Source: Sphyrna mokarran
Lineage: Eukaryota
Direction of reading: 5' to 3'
Assembly (NCBI GenBank): GCA_024679065.1
Contig: JAGIQG010000012.1
Coordinates: 9,796,001-9,860,000, forward strand
DNA length: 64,000 bases
Part shown: in pieces, positions 1-13,620 of the stretch
Numbering within the stretch: the first letter of the stretch is position 1
Layout: every line of letters starts with the position of its first letter
The notes under the pieces: generated by a model
The model's input: only the letters and a program-made list of their open reading frames with translations
The model's database searches: none
What the model was told of the DNA's origin: nothing
Translations under genes and position numbers: made by a program

Positions 1-622
1 TAATATTCCTTGCAAATTTTTTCGTGTTCCATTTTGCTTTTCATGTTACTTTCTTGTGTTCTTTTGTTGCTCTGTGCAAAAATCCATGTCTACAAAATCT
101 TTACTGAATGATTATTTTCCTTACGAATATTAGAAGAAAGCAATGAGCAACATATCTGAGTCTCTCTTGAATAGAGTGGTGGAGATAAAAATTCTGAAGT
201 AATTTAAGAATCAATTAAATGATGGAATGAGACTTTTTAGAGTCATTCCAGCTAAATGAATTAAGAACAGCTAAATGAACTTCTTCATTGTAAATTATTG
301 TGTCTCTTATATCTTGACTCTTGTATCTGTCAAATCTGACAATATCATTATTTCCCAAAGTCTAGTGAATCTAAGGGTAAAATAGTTGCATATTTTATTT
401 TGTTTTTGTCAGATTTTCACTCTTTGAATTGTAAAAAGATCTTTTAATTTGAATGTAATATTTTTTAGTGTCTCAATGTTTCGCAAGTTATTAATTTCAA
501 ATACCTCTGAAAATGGTTATGAGCTATCTTACTTCTTTAGCCAAAACAACTGATGGTAGATTGTCATTTTTATCCTATCCCACAGCCTATGGGACTAACA
601 TCTTCTAAAATCTGTTACATAC

Positions 623-800
623 CTGTATTTACTGTGGGCATCTCTGGGGAAGAAGTGTTAACAGATGAATCTAAAGTATATCTGGCATCATCTTTTTCAG
701 ACATCAGCTGACTGCCTTCATTTGGTAAACTGTATGTTGCTGGTATCTCCAGTACACTATTTGTCTCCGATAGGTTACTTGATAAAACTTCATTTGACAT
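623..800 (-). CDS. SHLD1: Probable shieldin complex subunit 1 (C20orf196 orthologue), first coding exon; the gene continues off the left edge
   Basis: MSNEVLSSNLSETNSVLEIPATY resembles the remembered SHLD1 N-terminus (SGSLSEESSALDLPSAC). Acceptor cttttcccacag|gattATG (exon starts at 804) and donor ACAG|gtatgt after 623; 178 coding nt. SHLD1 is the divergent neighbour of GPCPD1 in human. Confidence 0.78.
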
Positions 801-959
801 AATCCTGTGGGAAAAGAATGAAAAGTTAATTCATAAACACCTAAGCACACTATATGCAACGCAATACAAGGCACATTTATAAGCCATAACAACAATGCTT
901 TTAAAAATAACAAACACTTCCTTAAGATATAATTACTCAGAGTTCTGAATTAGAAGGTA

Positions 960-1330
960 GTGGGCACAAGTTCCAATTGAGGCATGAGCATAAAATCTAG
1001 GCTGACACTCCAATGCAGTACTGAGAGAATACTATTCTGTCAGAGGTGCTGTCCTTCAAATGAGAGTATTAAACTGAGGTTGTGTCTGCTCTCTCAGATG
1101 GGTATATTTTATGGCACTATTTTGAAAATAAGCCTGGGAGTGCTCCTGATTCCTAGCCAATCATTATGCCTCAAGAAAGATTATGGGATCTTGCTGTGCA
1201 TAAATTGGTTGCCATATTTCCCACATTAAAACATTGACCACACATGTGAAATACTTAATTGGCTGTGATCCCCTTAATAAATATACATCATTCTTCTTAA
1301 TTTAATCTAAAGTGCTTTGGAATATCCTGA
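960..1330 (+). mobile_element. Deu-domain SINE (SacSINE1/AmnSINE-like), decayed
   Basis: gaggtgctgtccttcaaatgag...taaactgagg...ttgctgtgcataaattggttgcc resembles the remembered Deu domain and tail. Confidence 0.65.
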
Positions 1331-1479
1331 AGAAAAAGTATAAGAAAAAGTTTTTTCTTCTAATTACTTTGCCAATTTACCTTTTCCTCATCCTCAGGTT
1401 TATGTGGAGGATTTCTACTAGAAACGTGGATATAAAAATTTATAGCAGCAAAACAATATCACCGACATGTGATGAAAAG

Positions 1480-2180
1480 AATGACAACAGGAAGCAAGTT
1501 TTATAGGCACGAAATGCACTCAGATGCTATATTAGTAGGTATTAAGTCAAAAAAAGACTTGGTCAAAGAGCATTTAAAGGAAAGAGAAGTATACAGGTAG
1601 AGAAGTTTAAAAGAAATTCCAGAGTTAATGGGCAGGATTTTATGGCCTTCCTTGTCCTGAAACCATAAAATCCCACCCGAGATCAATGGATCTTCCTATT
1701 GTCCACTTCTCACATGCTCTGATTCCTGTGACAGGGCAGGACTGTAAATTTCCAGCCTATGGGGCACAAACGGTGGAGCAAATTGAATTGAGAGTGTGCA
1801 AAGGCATGAATTGGAGGAGTGCATTTTTTTTAGCAGATCGTATGGCTTGTGGAGGTTCCAGAGATAGGAAGGGGCGAAATCATAGAAGAAATTTAAAAAA
1901 GGATAGAGATTTTAAAGTTAAGACAACTGAAACTGCTCAGCTGAAAATCAATGTGGGTCAATAAGCACAGGGTGAATGAAACTTGATACAAATTAGCATA
2001 CAAGCAAAGTTTTGGATGAGCTTTGGTTTATGGAAGATGGGAGTTTGACCAGGATATTGGAATAGGCAAGTCTAGAGATAATAAAGGCAAGAACAAACGT
2101 TTCAGCACCACTTGGGTTTAGGCAGGGGTAGAGTTAGACAACATTATGTAGATGGAAAGATGCAATCTTAGTCCTCTGAC
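1480..2180 (-). mobile_element. L2-like LINE relic with a short MITE-like insert at about 1630-1758
   Basis: Purine-rich decayed sequence similar to 39180-39850. The insert has imperfect terminal inverted repeats gggcaggattttat / gtaaatttccagcc. Confidence 0.45.
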
Positions 2181-5100
2181 AATGATGCATAGACTTCACT
2201 AGCTCCATTTATGAAGTTATTCTATGAGATATCTTGCGACCATTTCACTTGTCTTGGTATTTTCTCAAATGAGTTAAAAAATGCCTCCATATCTTTTACT
2301 TCAAATTTTGGAAGTGCCTATACAAACTTAAACATCTCCCACTAAGTTCATGTCTAAAACTACTTCTTTCCTCAATCTACTCTAGTGTTTCTGCTTTAAT
2401 TTTCAACATTTTAAACTGAAGGTCTTTTTCCCCTTTACTCTTTCTGCCATTGTCCAAGTCTATCTGAAAAGTTCTCTCTTTGTTTCTTTCCTTTACCTTT
2501 CTTTTTGATTCTCTTGCATATCATTTCGACTTCTTTTTCTTTTTCCTGCAATTCTAATTGTTTCACCTGTAATTAAATTTTAGTTAATTCAATTTTCTCA
2601 CTTTTGGGAGAACTTGGTCAATCTGACGATTCTTGTACATTTAAATGCTTGCTATTCTTTCAATTACCTCAGCTTTCTTAGTCCCTCTAGGTAACCCTAA
2701 TTACAACATGTTTGCCAATTTTATCAATTTAGCTTTAGGTACACTTTTCAACCTTTCCAAATTTATATTGTCTACACCCAAACAAGTTTTATCCATTGCA
2801 ACAGCTATGTTACAGTCACCTTACTCACACGCTTCCTCAAATTGGTTCATCACCTTCTTTACCATGTTAGATAAAAATCATAAATTTCCCTACACTCAAA
2901 GAATTATACTTTTCGAAATCCTGCCACAGAGCCCCCAGGTTTGTTAAGAGCCCCGCTGCTGTTGAATTTGAGGGCATCCCAAAACCCAGAAGAATAACTT
3001 GCAACATCAGTTCTTAGTATGTATATTTTCGATTTTGTATAATGTGAGAAAAGATACGTTGCAAACCAGGGAAAAGCAGTCCAGTTGTTTTGTGATCAAT
3101 TAATAAAGGATATTAATTTAAATAAAACATGCAAGAAGAACTATAATTCACTACAACAGTGTACTTTACTCTGATAGCTATACACACACAGCATCTCATA
3201 AAGTTACCCCTTGTTCCCAACTATCTACATTTCATGAATATTGAGAAATGCCCCTTTTTGCCAAATAACATCCAATATTATATAACCCCTAAGGGCAGAT
3301 ATTTAACACCTACAGTTTATTTATCCACATTTGGAAAAGCTTTCTTGCTGCTTTTTAAAAATTAGTCATTATAAGTTATAAGTACAGGCAATCAAAGACC
3401 ACTTCATGATGCAATTTCTGTAAAAGACAGGATTGACTATCTATGTCAAAGATTCACTGATCTCAGCCAGCCAGACATCTTCTCAGAGAAGGGAATTGTC
3501 CCAGAGTCTCTGATACGAGGATTGTAGCTAGCAGTGAGTGAAGAGCTGCAACTACAGAGGAATTTGAAATGATTAAAAGTAAAGGCATAGCATCACAGGG
3601 ATTATGATCTCATTGGTAAGAAATCTGCTAATTTGAATGTAATTAGTGGACTTGAAGCCCGGTTCAAAGCCCTCTCCCATTCACCTGTCTCCCCAGTGAG
3701 ATCTGCACCTTTGGTACTGATCAGGAGCATGGTTACAAGGGTCTTGAGGGTTAGCTGGGCTCAGGTTAGGGGCAAGGCACCTGACCTCTGCACTCTGATC
3801 CCAGGATGGGGATCATGTGGCTAGATTGCCCTTTTTAATCCTGTAAACCTGAACATCACTCTTGAGTTGGTGATTCCAGGTATCTCTCTGATCAACGTCT
3901 TCATGTTGACTGTGAAAACTTTGAAGTGGGCTAGTCACTTAAACCTCCATGCCCCCTGGGCACCTGACAGGCTTCCAAATCACAACAGCACTGTACTATA
4001 TACGTGGAGTACAGTATTTCAACTTGTTGATTGTTTTTTTCCAGGTGAGAAATTCTGAAAGAACATAATTCTGATTTTAATATGGATTACGAAGGCACTT
4101 ATGTTTCGTTCAAAGCTGTTTCACTAAAAGTTCACAAAATATAATTAGGACCTTGAATCAGAAATAATTGTAAATGCAAGTTCATGCTCGTTTTTTGGTT
4201 GCAGTCTTGTAGGTATCGGGAAGATTTTGAGGGATCTGGAGATGAGCAGCCAGCTTTTACTTGAAATCTGTAGCCAGACTATTGAGGTGACTGGTGTATT
4301 CTAGCTCTAGCCAATAATGCCCTCCATATTATGAGAATACACATTATGAAAATATAATTTCTAATTTTCTTTGGCTGAGCTTTTAAAAAAAGCAAAGAAC
4401 TGTAATTCTATTAAGTATAGGATTGCTAGCCACACAGAGTATACAACTTGCTGGAATTGTGCTGTAACAGAGCACAAGCTTTAAGTTGGTGATTAGGAGC
4501 AGCCGTCCCTAACTGGAGAAAGATTAGGCAATCATTGCAAGAGTATAAAAACCAATTCACATCAAGTTTTGAGGAGATCAAGAGAAATGTGTGGCCCCAT
4601 CTCCTATCAGCTTTCATACTATCTTGCAACATTTCAAAAGTTCCTGAAATGAGACATCAAAATGCAAATACCTGTTCCACAAAACAATGACGACAGCAAA
4701 CAGTTTTAGCAAGCCAGAGAGATTGCATGGAAAGATCACCTCTCTCTCTCTCTCTCTATGGATTTCTAATGTGAATTCTGCTGAAAACCCAGATCTCCCA
4801 GGGAAGTCTGTTCCATGCAGCTATACCCAGGAAGAAAACTGAATACAAACAACCACACTTTTCACCTTCCTCACAAACTTCAGAAAACCATTTGGCTAAT
4901 TCTTTATAATCTCAGAGTATACATTGTGACACTCCTGCAAAGCACATCCTCGTTAAATTCATGAAAAAGCTTTGTTATGATCAGACTCGCGTGATATAAT
5001 AGGGGAGTCATTCTTATACCTCCCCCCGCCCCCCCCAACTCACTTGGTCATGACACTCTTAACATTGACGATGCGGCACTTGTCAAAGGACCATTGAAGG

Positions 5101-5564
5101 TTAGGAGTGGTTAGGACATTGCTTATTAGAGATTATCATTGTCTGGCATTTACATGATACAAATATACCAGCTACTTACTCATTTTCTCATACTCCACAT
5201 TATTCGCACGTGTAATTTTCAGGACTAAATTTTTCCTTTACTACTAAGTCCCACAGATGATATGAATAAATCTTTCATTTTTCAGGATTGTTATGAGTGT
5301 CTCACTAAAGATGTTTAAACTTCAACAATTGCTTTAAATCTGTCAACAATATATTTTTTCTGATAATACCGGGGAACTGAGTGAAAGTTGTGGTGAAATA
5401 GCAAAGTCTATTTAAGCACCTGACACAAAGTATATTGATAATGAGAGGAACGTTGGAGCTACTGGCATTCTGAAAATAGCATCTTTTCCAACATTTGTTG
5501 TGAGCCAGGAAGAGGAGAACTTGTCCCTTGGTCCTTCAGAAAAGCCTTTGGGCGCCTACCTGTG

Positions 5565-5565
<1 letters not shown>

Positions 5566-5625
<60 letters not shown>
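5566..5625 (+). repeat. (AC)n microsatellite, about 30 units
   Basis: Read directly. Confidence 0.98.
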
Positions 5626-5627
<2 letters not shown>

Positions 5628-7631
5628 CATGTACTGACATATCCATCATACTGGTCCCAATGTCCTCACTTTTCCTCCAGCTGCAATTGATGACCCTTGC
5701 CTAACGTGATTAATGGAGTCCATTCCCAAGGGTTCACAACTTGTTGTCACAGGTTGTCTCCTGATGCTGGTTTTTCATTCTGACCGTTGGCCAGACTATT
5801 AATTTGTCTACTTTTCCACAGGGAACAGAACAAAAAGTAATAAGGCCCTGCAAAATTAACACAACCCAGCCTTGTTGGGCTATTTATTATTTTTGGCCTC
5901 TCCCACACACCACAGTCAACCTTTATGCAAATATAAGGGTTGTTTACTCTTTCCCTCCAAACAAAGTTTGCCTGGCCTACTAAGTGTTTTCCACTATTTC
6001 ATTTTTTGTTCATATTTCCAGGATCCTCCGTATTTTGCTTTTATTTCAAAAGAGATGAGTCAAAGAAAAATCCATCAAAGTATAATTCCAATTCACTAAT
6101 TCTTATTTTAGAAACTCTTAATGCTTTAAAATTGTGGTTGTGGGGGGGGTATCTTAGCAAAAAATGGCAGACTTGTTTCTGGTGAGAAAACCAGCGTGTT
6201 TCTGAGAGAAACATGCCAGTTTTTCTCTCCAAATCCGATGAAATTCTGCCTAACAAAATCAATTTTCATGCTGTCATATAGGGGAGCACGGCCTCAACAC
6301 ATTGACAAAACCCAGCTGCACTGAGATCGGGGTGCCATCTTTAAAGGGTGCCCTCATTATTATAGGAATAAACCTCATCCCCAGCCCACTACAGAGGTCT
6401 CAGGGGTACATCTCCCCACCCCCGATCAGAGTGGGTACTTCATTCCCCACTACCCTGATCATCGGCCCCTCCGCCATCATAGGCCCCTTCCCCAACTTCC
6501 CTCATCTTCTCAATCATCAGCCGCTTCCCCCGATCTTGGGCCCTCTCATCCTCTTCCTCCACTAATCATTAGCCCCTTTCCCTCAATCATTGGATGTTGG
6601 CTCTTCCCCCTTACCCCTGATCATCGGCGTCCCTCCAGAATAGGAACCAGCACGCCCCCTGCACTACTGCCACTCCCCACTGCAAAGCCATCACCAATAT
6701 CCTCTGTCCATTCCTAACACACAACAAAATCTGAATAACTCCCCCGCTACCCGGCCCATGAGGCTCCTATTGAGATCCACCCCTTGACGCAGGTTGGCAG
6801 TTGGGTATAGTGCCAAATAGCAATGCCAACCCGTGCCAAGGGACAGTGCTAGAGTGCATTACCAGGCCATTGCCTGGCCATGTCCCTTGTCCTCAGAGGC
6901 TGTATTCACCTTGGCTGTATTCACTTCTGGAAAACCTCACCCTACAGATTCATGTCTATGTGAACTTGTTGTATATGGCGCCAGCTTGCCATCACTCTGA
7001 AGCCCATTGAATATCCAGTAAGGGAGGAAATCCCGAAATACTTGCTTGCTTTCTGCAGTCCTGTAGCATGTTTCAAGCCACTCTATCAGTGAGGGGCCAG
7101 AGAGGGGAGGAGTGTTGGGGGAAAAATGCTTACTAAATTTTGAGACGGAGATGGAGGATGCGGGTTCAAAATTGCCCCCAATTAATTGTTAACTAATAAC
7201 AAGCTGTTATCAAAAACTCTGCATTGGCTTGTAAAGGAAATATTTAATTTTTTCTGTGAAAAAGTGATTTAAGCGGAAAGACCACCAAGTTCTGAGAAAA
7301 ACGCATGTTAAATTCCTGTTTCAGTCTTTCCTGCGCAATATTGCTTTTGTTGATGTGGTCATTTGGCAAGGATTTTCTTTTCCACTTTATCACAAAGTTA
7401 TCTGATTAGAATTTGTGCACTGTCAATAAATGAAAATATCAGAGTGAAGGGTCAACAGAAAGTTCAAAAACCTCTTCCCAGAAACAAAATTCGCAGTGTC
7501 ATCACTACTCTGATTATGTGCAGCAACCAAATTTCTCCTAATATGAAGATAAGCACTTAAAGTAATCACACCAGAATTCAGTGACTACCTGGTGGTTCCA
7601 TGGGGCCCACTAAATAAACACCAAGTTTTTC

Positions 7632-7661
7632 ATATATATATATATATGTGTGTGTGTGTGT
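7632..7661 (+). repeat. Compound (AT)n(GT)n microsatellite
   Basis: Read directly. Confidence 0.9.
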
Positions 7662-7978
7662 CACATGCCTTATGTGGGAAAGGTAGAGATTTGACACTTT
7701 CAAGAGTATCGTTAAGGCTGACAACGTAATTTTCTCCATAAAGAGGGGATAAAAATAGCCACAAATTCAAAACCATAACTACTAATTTATGGTTGAATTT
7801 ACCCTCTAACTCTAGTGCTGAGAAAACATATTAGTCTAAGATTACAGCTGCTTTTAGATTGCAGTTCAGAATCAGCTAAATATAGGACTGTGCACTGTAG
7901 CACATTATGATGCATTACACCCCAGTATTGAGAAGCTATCATAAACCTTCTGAGCAAACAAGTCTCAGGCAATTAGCA

Positions 7979-8139
7979 TTGTGCATGTTCCCAGAAATAG
8001 TCTTGCTGAAAGATAAATACTGACCAGGATGTCAAAACCCTTGTAGATTTTGAGTTTGTGCATGTTCCCAGAAATAGTTTTGCCAAAAGATAAATACTGA
8101 CCAGGATGTCAAAATCTTTGTAAGTTTTGAGTTTGTGCA
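7979..8139 (+). repeat. 77-bp tandem duplication (2 copies)
   Basis: gtgca recurs at 7981, 8058 and 8135; the copies differ by a few substitutions. Confidence 0.9.
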
Positions 8140-9419
8140 ATAGAGTGACAGTGAATTAGCATATTTATTTACATTTCCTGATTTTCATTGTCTTCAGCAA
8201 TAAGATCTGAACTCCTTGTGATAGACTTATTCAAACTGCAATATGGAACATTTTGGTTATGAGGAAAACACATTATTCTAATCTTATTTGGATCATCAGT
8301 GAGGTCATGTTTGGGTGTTTCTCTTCAAAAGCTAAACACTCAAAACATAGTTCATGATGTCAAAAACAGCTGTAAGCTCAAACATAGAAGGCAACATTTA
8401 AGAGAGGGAGAAATAAGGTAATACTTCAGACAATTCTGGTGAATGCTATTCAAAATGTTAACCTTTGTCTCTCCAGATGCTGTCTGAACATTCCATGTTT
8501 CCATTACTTTGTTTTGCTTAAATAATTATACGAATGTATTCCTTTGAAATAGGTTTCAAAATTAGAACCCTCTCTTAAAAGTTTGCTCTGCCAGGTCTGG
8601 GAATCTCTTATTCTGAAAATATTTACAATACTAATGGAATCTATTAGGGCAGAAGAATCAATATGCAACATTTTTTTTTTAGGTAGCTTTAAATGTTATA
8701 GTTTTCAAATTGGAAAAGCAAACTGAAATTTATTGCTCTCTCTTTCAAACTATCCAATCTCTTAAACAGGACGCAATAGCCACATCACCATTGCTAATGA
8801 GAGTCTGATAACTGATACCACCACACTGAATTCCAAAGGTCAGCAAAACATTCATAGCTTTGCACAAGAAGTTATGTGATTACATAACAATGTGATATAG
8901 TACTTTTCAACACCACCCATGCCAAAAGCTGCAACACTTACTAAGTGTTTTGGGAAAGACTTGAAGGCTAACTTATTCATCTGAATTGATCAGTTGACCA
9001 AAATATTGGTAATTTGTCCTAATATCCTTTTATGTGGTTCAACGTCAGTTTGTTTATTCTCCCGAAGTGCCTTGAGATGTATTCCCATGTCCTTCTTAAC
9101 ATGTACAGTAATCACCAAGCCAGGCAGTAACTTTAAAGTGGTCAAAGCTCCCAGAGCAGCTTTCCACTATGATTCATTGATTGGGTGCATCCCAATTGTA
9201 GTCGGGGTTTCCTGCAAGGCCTTGGCCAGTGCAGAAACATTTGAGGAGGGTCCAATATTGGCTTGGCAGGTTAAACTCACTGTATAAATACAAGTTGTTG
9301 TTGAATTGTTATACAATTCTGAACATTGTAAAGGGCAATACCAGGGTATCTATACTGGTGTCACTCAATCCCCTCTCATTCCTATGCTTTCTGTCTTAAA
9401 ATTATTGGTCACATTTTAC

Positions 9420-9750
9420 CTGGATTTGAACTTTGCCCATTCGGCCCACAAGTTGCCCCGATCATCATACCTACCTGACCTATCTATAACTCTCATTATA
9501 TGTACTTATATTAAATGTACTTATCCAGAAGTTTCTTAAAAGACCTCAGCGAGTTTGCCTCTACCAGCACTGAAGGCAGCTGATTCCACTCATTCACCAC
9601 CCTCTGGGTGAAAAATTTACCCCAACGTCTCTCTGTACGTGTTCCCCACACCTTAAAACCGTGTCCTCTTGTAGCGACCATTTCAGGCCTAGGAAATAGT
9701 CTTCGAGAATCCATCCTATCTATACCTCTCAACATCTTATAAACCTACAG
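9420..9750 (-). mobile_element. CR1-type LINE 3' fragment
   Basis: ORF 9511-9735 TRGHGFK...FFTQRVVNEWNQLP...SFKKLLDKY is the typical CR1 ORF2 C-terminus. Confidence 0.9.
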
Positions 9751-9799
9751 TAACATTTTTCAAAATGCAACATCAATTTCCACGTGTGCTACAACACCA

Positions 9800-10540
9800 G
9801 GCTCTATCAAGTGCACCTCGCTTGACCCATCATTGTCTCTAACTTCCAAGATTGTTCTGATACTGGATGAGCAGGAATTTCCTCAAACTGTATAGTTGCA
9901 AGGTCAAACTCTTTGGTTATCACATCAAACTCCACCGCCTAACCATCAACTCCATCCTTCTTTCTGATAACTGTCTTTGAAGGAACCAGTCTGTTCGCAA
10001 CTTGATATCATATCTGATCTCAAACTGAGCTTCCTCTCACATATCCATTCATTTCCTATTCTGTAATACCTCCGACATAGCTGTCCATTTCTTGCCTCTG
10101 TTCTGCAATCTCATTCATACTTCAGTTATCTCTTTAATGCAGTCCCAGCTGGACTCCCATGTTCTACTTGACCTCACATAAAACACTGCAACTTGACCAA
10201 TTTAATCATCACTGCCCTACATTGGTTTCCAGTTAAGCAATACCTCAATTTTAAAATTCTAACCTGTGTTTTGATATCCCTTTATGGCTTTGCCACCATC
10301 TTTGTTACTCTTCCAGCTTCACAACCATCCAACATCCTCATTTCTCCAATTCCAATCTTTTGCAGATTCCCAATTTCAAACAGGTAACCTTAAGCTCTTG
10401 AAATCTATTCCCCATTTCTCCTCACTCCTTCACTAAGATCACCCTGATATGGTTTAAGTAATATAAGTATCAAATTTTGTTTGATATAACACTTCTATGA
10501 AGTGCTTTAAGAATCTTTCTTATGTTAAAGACATTATCCC
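9800..10540 (+). mobile_element. L2-like LINE 3' relic
   Basis: LHWFPVKQYLNFKIL (ORF 10193) matches the L2 ORF2 C-terminal LHWLPV..RI.FKI motif. Confidence 0.75.
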
Positions 10541-11619
10541 AGTCTTTTGGCTAACAAATGTAGATGGAGAAAGAACGACTACAACGATGATTTTAACAAT
10601 AATGGTAATATTGGTTGTAAATGGCTATTCTGGTTGAGAGTTAAACATGCTGGGATTTTTGGTCAACTTATAATGGAAACGAGATGCAGGTCATAAAGTT
10701 ACTCTGAGTCAGGGTTCTGGTCTGGGAACTGAGGTCTGACACTTCCTATGTTGACCAAATATGGGAAATTGTTTACTTTTGAGTAGTCTGGATGGTATCA
10801 AATTTTTCTGCTATTATGTAAGGGACACGCAGTTGAACAAAGCATAATGACGTTGTTTGGCTGTTCAAGTGTGTGATCAGTTTCTGGTTATATGATTGGC
10901 TGGATGACAGAGAATCTTCTGGAAACAAGTGAATAATTTGTAGATAAAAGATATGTGCAGTCTTTTGTTTGGCAATGACAAATCTATAGAGATTCACCAT
11001 CATAAGAAGTGCGCCCTGAAGTATTCTTCAGAGAGAAGATAGATTGAAAATAGGGAATATTTTTTGGCTAAGGTTTTCTAAACTCAGTCGTATCTATTTT
11101 CAGTAAAATAATTAAAGTTAATGTTCAATTAAAAGTTAAAGTTCAGTAAAAGAGCTAGAGGGTTGCAACTGTATAAATTTGAGTTGGTACCTAGTGTGAA
11201 ATGAAGAGAGATTGTTTGATTGATTAAGAGTCTACTCCCATTCTTGTTTGCCTCATTAAACTGGAATGCTTGGAGGGTGTTTGAATTGAAAGCCAAACAA
11301 CAGATCAAAGTATCAGATCAAGTCCAAGATCCGGTGCAATATCCTTTCTTGTCAGCTTGGATCTGTATGTCTCTCTTGTGGGGATCACGAAAGAGATTCA
11401 ACTTGAACTTGAATTTGCAAGCAAGGAAATGGAATAGGAGTTTGCTTGCCCTGTCCATTCTGTGCATTTGGCTTTGTAACTTTAATAATGGTTTAATAAT
11501 TGTTTTAAGGAGGAAAATGCAAACTGCTGTTATCATAAGTTGAGTACTGAAGTAAAAAGTGCTGAATTGTGCACAATGTCAAGTGCTGCTCACCAAGAAT
11601 AATTCAGACTGGAAGGTAG

Positions 11620-11940
11620 AGGGGAGAGGAAGGAAGTCGCAAGAGCACAAGAAACTACAAAGAGTTGTGAATGTAGTCCAGACCATCAACAAGACAACCT
11701 TCCATCCATTGACTCCATCTAAACTTCCAGCTGCTTTGGAAAAACAGCCAGCATATCCAAGGATCCCACACATCCTGATGTACTTTTTTTCACCTTCTTC
11801 CATTGGAAAAAAGATACAGAAGTCTGAGAACACATTCCAACAACTCAAGAACAGCTTCTTCCCTGCTGCCATCAGACTTTTGATTGGACCCATTATATAT
11901 TAAGCTGAATTTTCTCCTTAACCTATCTGTAACTGCATCA
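11620..11940 (+). mobile_element. Rex1/Babar-type LINE 3' part, continued at 13117-13245
   Basis: KKLQRVV...KNSFFPAAIRLL C-terminal motif. Confidence 0.8.
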
Positions 11941-11942
11941 TT

Positions 11943-12228
11943 AAATTTAAGTTGATTTATTAGTGTCACAAATAGACTTACATTAACACTGTAATGAAGT
12001 TACTGTGAAAGTTCCTGAGTTGTCACACTCTGGCACTTGTTTGGTTACACTGAAGGAGAATTTAGCATAGCTAGTGCACCTAACCGGCACGTGTTTTGGA
12101 CTACAGAAGGAATCTGAGAACCCAAAGGAAACTAACACAGACACAAGGAGAACATGCACAATTCACACAGACAATGACCCAAGCTAGGGATTTAACCTGG
12201 GTCTCTGGCACTGTGAGGCAGCTGTGCT
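11943..12228 (-). mobile_element. tRNA-derived V-SINE/HE1-like SINE with the alternative tail; its head remainder is at 13081-13116
   Basis: Reverse complement reads gctgcctcacagtgccagagacccaggtt...gggtcattgtctgtgtg...cacagtaacttcatt...taataaa. Confidence 0.8.
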
Positions 12229-13080
12229 TTGATTTGATTTGATTTATTATCATCACATATATTAGTATACAGTGAAAAGCATTGTTTCTCACATGCTATA
12301 TAGACAAAGCATACCATACACATAAAAAAAGGAGAAAGTCAGCATGTAGTGTTACAGTTATAATTAGGGTGTTGAGAAAGATCAACTTAATACAAAGTAG
12401 GTCCATTCAAAAGTCTGATGCCAGCAGGGAAGAAATTGTTCTTGAGTAAGTTAGAACATGTCCTCAGACTTTTGTATATTTTTCCTAACAGAAGGTAGAA
12501 GAAAGTATATTCAGGCTGCTTTTCTGAGATAGTGGGAAGTATAGACAGAGTTAATGAATGGGAGGCTGAGTTTGCGTGATAAACTGGGCTTCGTTCATGA
12601 CCCTTTTTAGTTTTCTGGGGTGTTGGACAGAGCAGGAACCATATCAAGCTGTGATACAATCAAAAAGTATGCTTTTCACGGTGCATCTGCAAACGTTGGC
12701 GAGAGTCACAGCGACATGCCAAATTTCCTTAGCCTCCTGAGAAAGTAGAATTGTTGATGGGTTTTCTTAACTTAGCATTGGCATGGAAGGACCAGGACAG
12801 ATTGTTGGTGAGTTGAGCACCTAGAAACTTGAAGCTGTCAACCATTTCCATTTTGTTCCTGCTGATGTAGACAGGAGCATGTCCTCCACTATATTTCCTG
12901 AAGACAATGACTATCTCCTTCATTTTGTTGACATTGAGAGAGAGATAATTGACATCACATCAATTCACCAGATTCTCTATCGCTTTCCTGTACTCCGTCT
13001 CACCATTGTTTGAGATCCGGCCCCTTACAGTGACAAACTTAAAAATCAAGTTGGAGGGCATTGGAGCCACACAGTCATCA
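12229..13080 (-). mobile_element. Rex1/Babar-type LINE, 5'-truncated, with (ATCAA)n tail
   Basis: KEIVIVFRK..HAPVYI..VDSFKFLG..NLSWS and KNNFFPAGIRLLN; tail appears as tttgatttgatttgatt. Confidence 0.85.
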
Positions 13081-13116
13081 GCGTGTGCTAACTAACCCAC
13101 TGTGCTACTGTGTCGC

Positions 13117-13245
13117 TCTACATTTGGCACCCTTTCTTTTCTACCTGCCCTATGTACTATGTGGATGGTATGTTTTTGTCTGCACAGTGCGCAAGAAACA
13201 ATACTTTTCACTGCATCCTAATACACGTGACAATAATAAATCAAA
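13117..13245 (+). mobile_element. 3' UTR and tail of the Rex1-type copy that starts at 11620
   Basis: Reverse-complement match to 12235-12350; ends aataaatcaaat. Confidence 0.75.
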
Positions 13246-13429
13246 TATATATCTGTTTTACATCATAAATGACTGCCTTCTAAAGACCAGAATTAAAACA
13301 GAAGTGAGAAGTTCTGAGCAAAAGTAATCTGAAATCGGAAATTGAAAAAACAACAAGCAAGCAGAAAACCCTAAAGTCTCAGCATTTTGCTCTGAGAAGG
13401 AGGCAGCTGATCACAAGCCACCTCATCCT

Positions 13430-13620
13430 CGCCAGCTCACTCCCCTCCCCCCCGCTCCCAACAAGCCGCACAGCGCATGCGTACCACCTCGGCTAGATTG
13501 ACAGGGGGGCTCACCAATTAGACGGAAGGAGGAGAGCGCCGGTGACCAATGGGAAAGAGCAGTAGGTGGGACTCTGAATGGAGGCTGCGGCTGCGCTCTG
13601 GATGTTGTAATCCAAGTTGT
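13430..13620. promoter_or_regulatory. CpG-rich TATA-less promoter of GPCPD1, possibly bidirectional with SHLD1
   Basis: Abrupt rise in GC and CpG. GC-box-like CCCCTCCCCCCCGC about 13442-13455, NRF1-like GCGCATGCGT 13473-13482, CCAAT at 13514-13518 and 13546-13550 (32 bp apart), ETS CGGAAG 13523-13528. Confidence 0.75.

Noticed and set aside
6140-7180. GC-rich patch as an alternative SHLD1 promoter
   Set aside because: No clear promoter motifs; it looks like a decayed repeat with GGGG/CCCC ends that I cannot classify.
11559-12923. ORFs of 64-114 aa as host genes
   Set aside because: They are frameshifted Rex1-type RT remnants.
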